From the IMG/VR virus record IMGVR_UViG_2563366960_000002: a DNA stretch of 64,000 nucleotides. One strand, written 5' to 3'. The DNA is from a virus (taxonomy: Duplodnaviria; Heunggongvirae; Uroviricota; Caudoviricetes). Of this stretch, positions 60,231 through 64,000 are shown in pieces. Below the pieces are notes generated by a model that did not search any database, was not told where the DNA came from, and saw only the letters and a list, made by a program, of their open reading frames with translations. The first letter of the stretch is position 1, and each line of letters starts with the position of its first letter. A program made the translations under genes and the position numbers.

Positions 60231-62150
60231 ATGGAACAGTTAAATATCAATAAAGGGGTGACGATCAAGCCTGGGCTTGACGTGCTTCCCCCGCCAGTGA
60301 CTGATGATGAATATCGCGCATTAATGGCCGGTGAGGACCGCTATCTGATGACGGAATCCAACACCCTGGAGGAAATCGAGGCTACGTTCTTCTATGACAC
60401 GCCGATCCACTGGTGTGCTACGGATTTACTGGAGGCGATTAGTTCTACTCGTTTGCAGTTACACCGGACCATGCAGGCATTTGTCCGGGCATTGAACCAG
60501 AAGCTGAATGGTACCGGAATCTCTGCGGGGAGTGATAAAACGGGGGAGGTGGCCCAGAGCGGCGCGCGCGCGATCGGCGGTGCTGAAATTGGCCGGGCAC
60601 GTAACGTTAACGGGCTGCCGGTCCTGCCAGCCATTATTCCGCTCAGTGATGGTCAGACTATCAGCATTCTGTTTCATAGCCCGACAGCGGAAAACCGGAT
60701 CACCAATAGCGATACGCTGGTTGCTTTCCAGTTCTTACTGAATAAAAAAGACGTTACTCACACCGTTGCTCCGATGAGTGGACGTGATATGACGCTGGCG
60801 CAGGTCACCATGAAACTTGCCAACCTTGCAGAGAAAAACTCGGCAAAATTCCAGCGTGCGCAGAAGAAGAAAAAAGCCCTGGTTGATGAAATAACCCAAC
60901 TACAGGCTGACAGTGACCAGAAAGAGGATGCCATGAGCGACCTCGCGGATCAGGTGGCAGCGGTAGAAGGGCAGAAGGTAGATCTGGAGCAGAAAATTAA
61001 CGCTGTTGCATCGGAAGCGGATTCTCTTTATGAAGAGAATGAGCGTTTGCAGACGGAGATTGATCAGCTCAATCGCACAGGTGGGCGCGATACCATTGAT
61101 CCAGCGGGGATGACTGGTGGGCACTCGCGCGCGCTGACGGATCGCCTTGCCAGTATCAAAAATCGTATGCATATGAACGGGGAAGTGACGCTCAGTAATG
61201 GAGCATCAATGAAGCAATTCATTGAGGACGGCGAAGGGTATATCCAGTTAACCGATTCGGATGGCAGCGTGTACATGATCAAGGCTAAATCCATACAGGG
61301 TGTGGACATGGCAGATGCGATCGGCAAGCTGTTTAAAGCCTATAAAGCGGGTAATGTATCGGAATATCTGGTCCAACCAGAAGAACATAAACCGGAAAAC
61401 GTCGAACCTGAACCAGCGGAGGATACCGGTAGCTCTTCGCCTGAACCAGAAGTCTCTGTAGGTGCATATCGATATGCCTTGCAAATGCGTCCGGCGGCCC
61501 CTGGCGCAATACCTGAAGGTAACAAAGCAATTCTGCCGCGCCCTGATGAAGGTGACCCGTATTATGAATATGCACGCTACGGCATTGCTACTTACGATAC
61601 CCCGCTTTCTGATCAGCAAATGAGTGAGTACGACCTGAAGTTATTGCCTCGCGAGGATTCTTTCGACTTCCTGGCGAAGACACTTACTAATGGTCCGTTT
61701 GGCAAATATGCACAAAAAGCTCTGGATCTGGCCACCAGCTCACCAGACGAGTTCCGCGTAATGCTGAAAACTCAGTTTCAAAAAACTTTCCCCAATATTG
61801 CGTTTCCGGGGGGCGCTGGCACCGAGAAAATGGTGCAGAGCATGATCAATGCATTGCAGGCCGAAGTCGGTGAGATTACTCAGCCAGAACCTGCCCCGGC
61901 ACAGCCTGATGAAACGGTTAGCGAAGCAGATGCAGAGGCTAATAAAGCCATTGAATATCTCGATAACGTGATGGATATGCAAAGCACTGACATGGCGGAG
62001 ATCCGTAACGCCCGGGGTAATGTCCGGGAAGCGATTGCAGCCCTTCAGGCTGCCGGGCGTTTTGAGGAAAACGAAGAGCTGGTTAATGGCGCTGCTCGCC
62101 ACCTGGCTGATCTGCTGGTAGCAATCCAGAAAGCGGGGGTAGCGGCATGA
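60231..62150 (+). CDS. darA: DarA-like internal head / antirestriction protein
   Basis: 639-aa ORF; assignment by size and position downstream of holin-like genes; no catalytic motif recognised. Confidence 0.45.
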   Translation: MEQLNINKGVTIKPGLDVLPPPVTDDEYRALMAGEDRYLMTESNTLEEIEATFFYDTPIHWCATDLLEAISSTRLQLHRTMQAFVRALNQKLNGTGISAGSDKTGEVAQSGARAIGGAEIGRARNVNGLPVLPAIIPLSDGQTISILFHSPTAENRITNSDTLVAFQFLLNKKDVTHTVAPMSGRDMTLAQVTMKLANLAEKNSAKFQRAQKKKKALVDEITQLQADSDQKEDAMSDLADQVAAVEGQKVDLEQKINAVASEADSLYEENERLQTEIDQLNRTGGRDTIDPAGMTGGHSRALTDRLASIKNRMHMNGEVTLSNGASMKQFIEDGEGYIQLTDSDGSVYMIKAKSIQGVDMADAIGKLFKAYKAGNVSEYLVQPEEHKPENVEPEPAEDTGSSSPEPEVSVGAYRYALQMRPAAPGAIPEGNKAILPRPDEGDPYYEYARYGIATYDTPLSDQQMSEYDLKLLPREDSFDFLAKTLTNGPFGKYAQKALDLATSSPDEFRVMLKTQFQKTFPNIAFPGGAGTEKMVQSMINALQAEVGEITQPEPAPAQPDETVSEADAEANKAIEYLDNVMDMQSTDMAEIRNARGNVREAIAALQAAGRFEENEELVNGAARHLADLLVAIQKAGVAA

Positions 62151-62512
62151 CACTATCAGCTATTGAGTTAATGGATCTCAGCGATAAGTTGGATGCTCTG
62201 ATGTCCAAAGCGGCTACCGCGAGTGGCATGGAGTTGCTGGATATCAGCGATGAAATTGACCAGATCATGCAACAGATGGGGTACGGTGTGTCCGGCGGCA
62301 GTAGTGGCGAGGAAAAACAACCTTCGGTACATGATGGTGTGCCAAAACTGGTTGCTGATTTCCTGGCTGATAAATTCGTCGATCAGAGCACCGATGCATT
62401 TATCGGTACCTTGCAGGATTTGAGTCAATATGTTGGCACATACATCGACCTGGACCAGGTTAAACAGCACACGGCGGCATGGATAGCCGCCAACATTAAA
62501 GAGGCAGCATAA
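62147..62512 (+). CDS. hypothetical acidic protein
   Basis: 121-aa ORF coupled to previous gene. Confidence 0.45.
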   Translation: MTLSAIELMDLSDKLDALMSKAATASGMELLDISDEIDQIMQQMGYGVSGGSSGEEKQPSVHDGVPKLVADFLADKFVDQSTDAFIGTLQDLSQYVGTYIDLDQVKQHTAAWIAANIKEAA

Positions 62513-62524
62513 GGCGTAACAGGG

Positions 62525-64000
62525 ATGAGCTTAAGCGATCAGGTGGTAATGGCCACCAGCATAGAAACGCTGATCGAGCTGCTAAAGAACCTGCCCGATT
62601 ATGGGCGGGTTTCGTATGTGGTGACAGCGAAGGGAGACGAGGTAAAAACAGCGTTTGATATCGTCGATGCCTCAGCTCTTTTGGTATCCAATACTCTGGA
62701 TGGGAAAATTAATCCTGACTATCCCCAGGAACTTCAGCCGCGCGACCGGACCCGCGCATCCAGCCTTCTTCAGGTTAACCAGATATCCAAAGATTTGCGG
62801 CCTGCTCAGCTTACTGATTCCGGTTTATCCAGCCATGGCGCGCCGATAATTGGTGAGGATAATGCCGTTGAGTCAGGTAATGGACGGACCATGGGGATCA
62901 TCAAAGCCTATCAGGACGGCAATGCGGATCGGTATCGTGAGTACCTGATTGATCATGCGACCGAATTCGGCATACGACCTGAAAAGGTTGAATCAATGAC
63001 GGCTCCGGTACTGGTGCGCCGCCGGTTAACTAAGGTTGACCGCGTTCAGTTTGCCAAGGACTCAAATATTTCTGATCTTCAGGAAATGGCAGCCAGTGAA
63101 AAGGCTTTTGTTGATGCCGACAGCATAACACCGGCGATGATGGCGCTTTTTAACCCGTCAGAAAGCGGAGATCTGCTTAGCCGCAGTAATGACGCGTTTA
63201 TTCGCGGATTTATGACGCAAGTTGGTGCCACACAGGCGGCTGGCCTTGTAACTGAAGATGGGCGACCAACACGGCAACTTGTTGACCGTATACAAAACGC
63301 GATCTTTGCCAAGGCATATAAGGATGCGCGCCTGGTAAGGATGGTTGCAGAAGAACCTGATCCGGATATGCGTAATGTTCTGACGGCGCTTAATGCGGCA
63401 GCCAATGATTTTGTCCAGATGCAGGCTTTATCAGGAGAAGCGCACAAGCAGGCTGTGACAACTATTGTTGATGGCATTGAGACAGCGGATAGCCTCGATA
63501 AAAAGGCGCTGGCGGCATTGAAAGATGCGGTAGACCTGGTAAGGCAATCGAAGGAGTCAGGCCAGCATATTACCGATGTTATTGCTCAGGGGGATATGTT
63601 CAGCGAAACGGCCCCGGAAGTGAAAGCACTCGCGTTGTTCATCGTCGCGAATAACCGTAGCGCGAAGCGTATGGCCACCGCCTTTAAGTTGATGGCGCAA
63701 CGTATCAATGATGAGTTACAGCACCAGGGCCAGGCGCTCGGGGATATGTTTGGCGGCGGCGATGTGTCGTTACAGGATATCCTTCGCCAAGTATCTCAGG
63801 AACTGGAAAACGAAGGTATGCAAGGGATATCTGGCGGTCTTTTCGAGTCAGCTTCTGGCGGTAGTTACAACGGTGTTGCTCCATATACCAGCTTGCTATT
63901 ACATCGGGCATCCGGCATCAAAGACATTATTCATCTGATCAGGCTGCTTTCCCGTACAGATCCCCAGGATGAACAGCTTGTTCAAGTGCTTGCGCATTTT
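62525..64000 (+). CDS. large protein with ParB/Srx-like N-terminal domain, 3' end beyond window
   Basis: ATG 62525, frame open to window end; N-terminal LQPRDRTRASSLLQVNQISKDL...GAPIIGEDNAVESGNGRTMG resembles the ParB N-terminal fold. Confidence 0.5.
   Translation, partial: MSLSDQVVMATSIETLIELLKNLPDYGRVSYVVTAKGDEVKTAFDIVDASALLVSNTLDGKINPDYPQELQPRDRTRASSLLQVNQISKDLRPAQLTDSGLSSHGAPIIGEDNAVESGNGRTMGIIKAYQDGNADRYREYLIDHATEFGIRPEKVESMTAPVLVRRRLTKVDRVQFAKDSNISDLQEMAASEKAFVDADSITPAMMALFNPSESGDLLSRSNDAFIRGFMTQVGATQAAGLVTEDGRPTRQLVDRIQNAIFAKAYKDARLVRMVAEEPDPDMRNVLTALNAAANDFVQMQALSGEAHKQAVTTIVDGIETADSLDKKALAALKDAVDLVRQSKESGQHITDVIAQGDMFSETAPEVKALALFIVANNRSAKRMATAFKLMAQRINDELQHQGQALGDMFGGGDVSLQDILRQVSQELENEGMQGISGGLFESASGGSYNGVAPYTSLLLHRASGIKDIIHLIRLLSRTDPQDEQLVQVLAHF

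Overview
The whole window lies inside a P1-like plasmid prophage (phage-plasmid) of an enterobacterium; no chromosomal flank or integration junction is visible. All calls come from reading the sequence and the supplied ORF track by eye; no database search or folding program was run, and P1 gene names are from memory of the P1 map. Recognisable P1-type modules: (i) 1..8761, a minus-strand early block (tandem Ead/Ea22-like genes, HAD phosphatase, Ser/Thr phosphatase, two glycosyltransferase-like proteins, VRR-NUC nuclease) punctuated by 17-bp operators matching the P1 C1 consensus ATTGCTCTAATAAATTT; (ii) 8908..13659, plus-strand structural genes ending in a gpV-like baseplate spike; (iii) 13705..17775, a minus-strand operon with a GT-B glycosyltransferase, DnaB-family helicase (Ban), tRNA-Ile, SPFH lipoprotein; (iv) 17776..19500, a non-coding region with four more tRNAs (Ser, Thr, Tyr, Arg) and repeated palindromic elements; (v) fused C5/N6A methyltransferase Dmt, RdgC homolog, Rz/Rz1-like pair; (vi) the plasmid replicon oriR-incC-repA-incA-parA-parB-parS; (vii) major capsid and sheath genes; (viii) a low-GC islet with an orphan ParA/MinD-like ATPase; (ix) lytic replicon kilA-repL and immunity region ant-icd-c4; (x) a low-GC three-gene membrane/periplasmic cassette at the position of the P1 sim locus; (xi) tail module with Sit, fibre genes R-S-U, the invertible C-segment (cix sites, 599-bp inverted repeats, Sv'/U' cassette) and Cin invertase; (xii) holin-like and DarA-like genes. 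The best candidates for undescribed accessory functions are the low-GC cassette 41334..43292, the orphan ParA-like ATPase islet 35780..37741, the glycosyltransferase set, and the structured repeats in the tRNA region.
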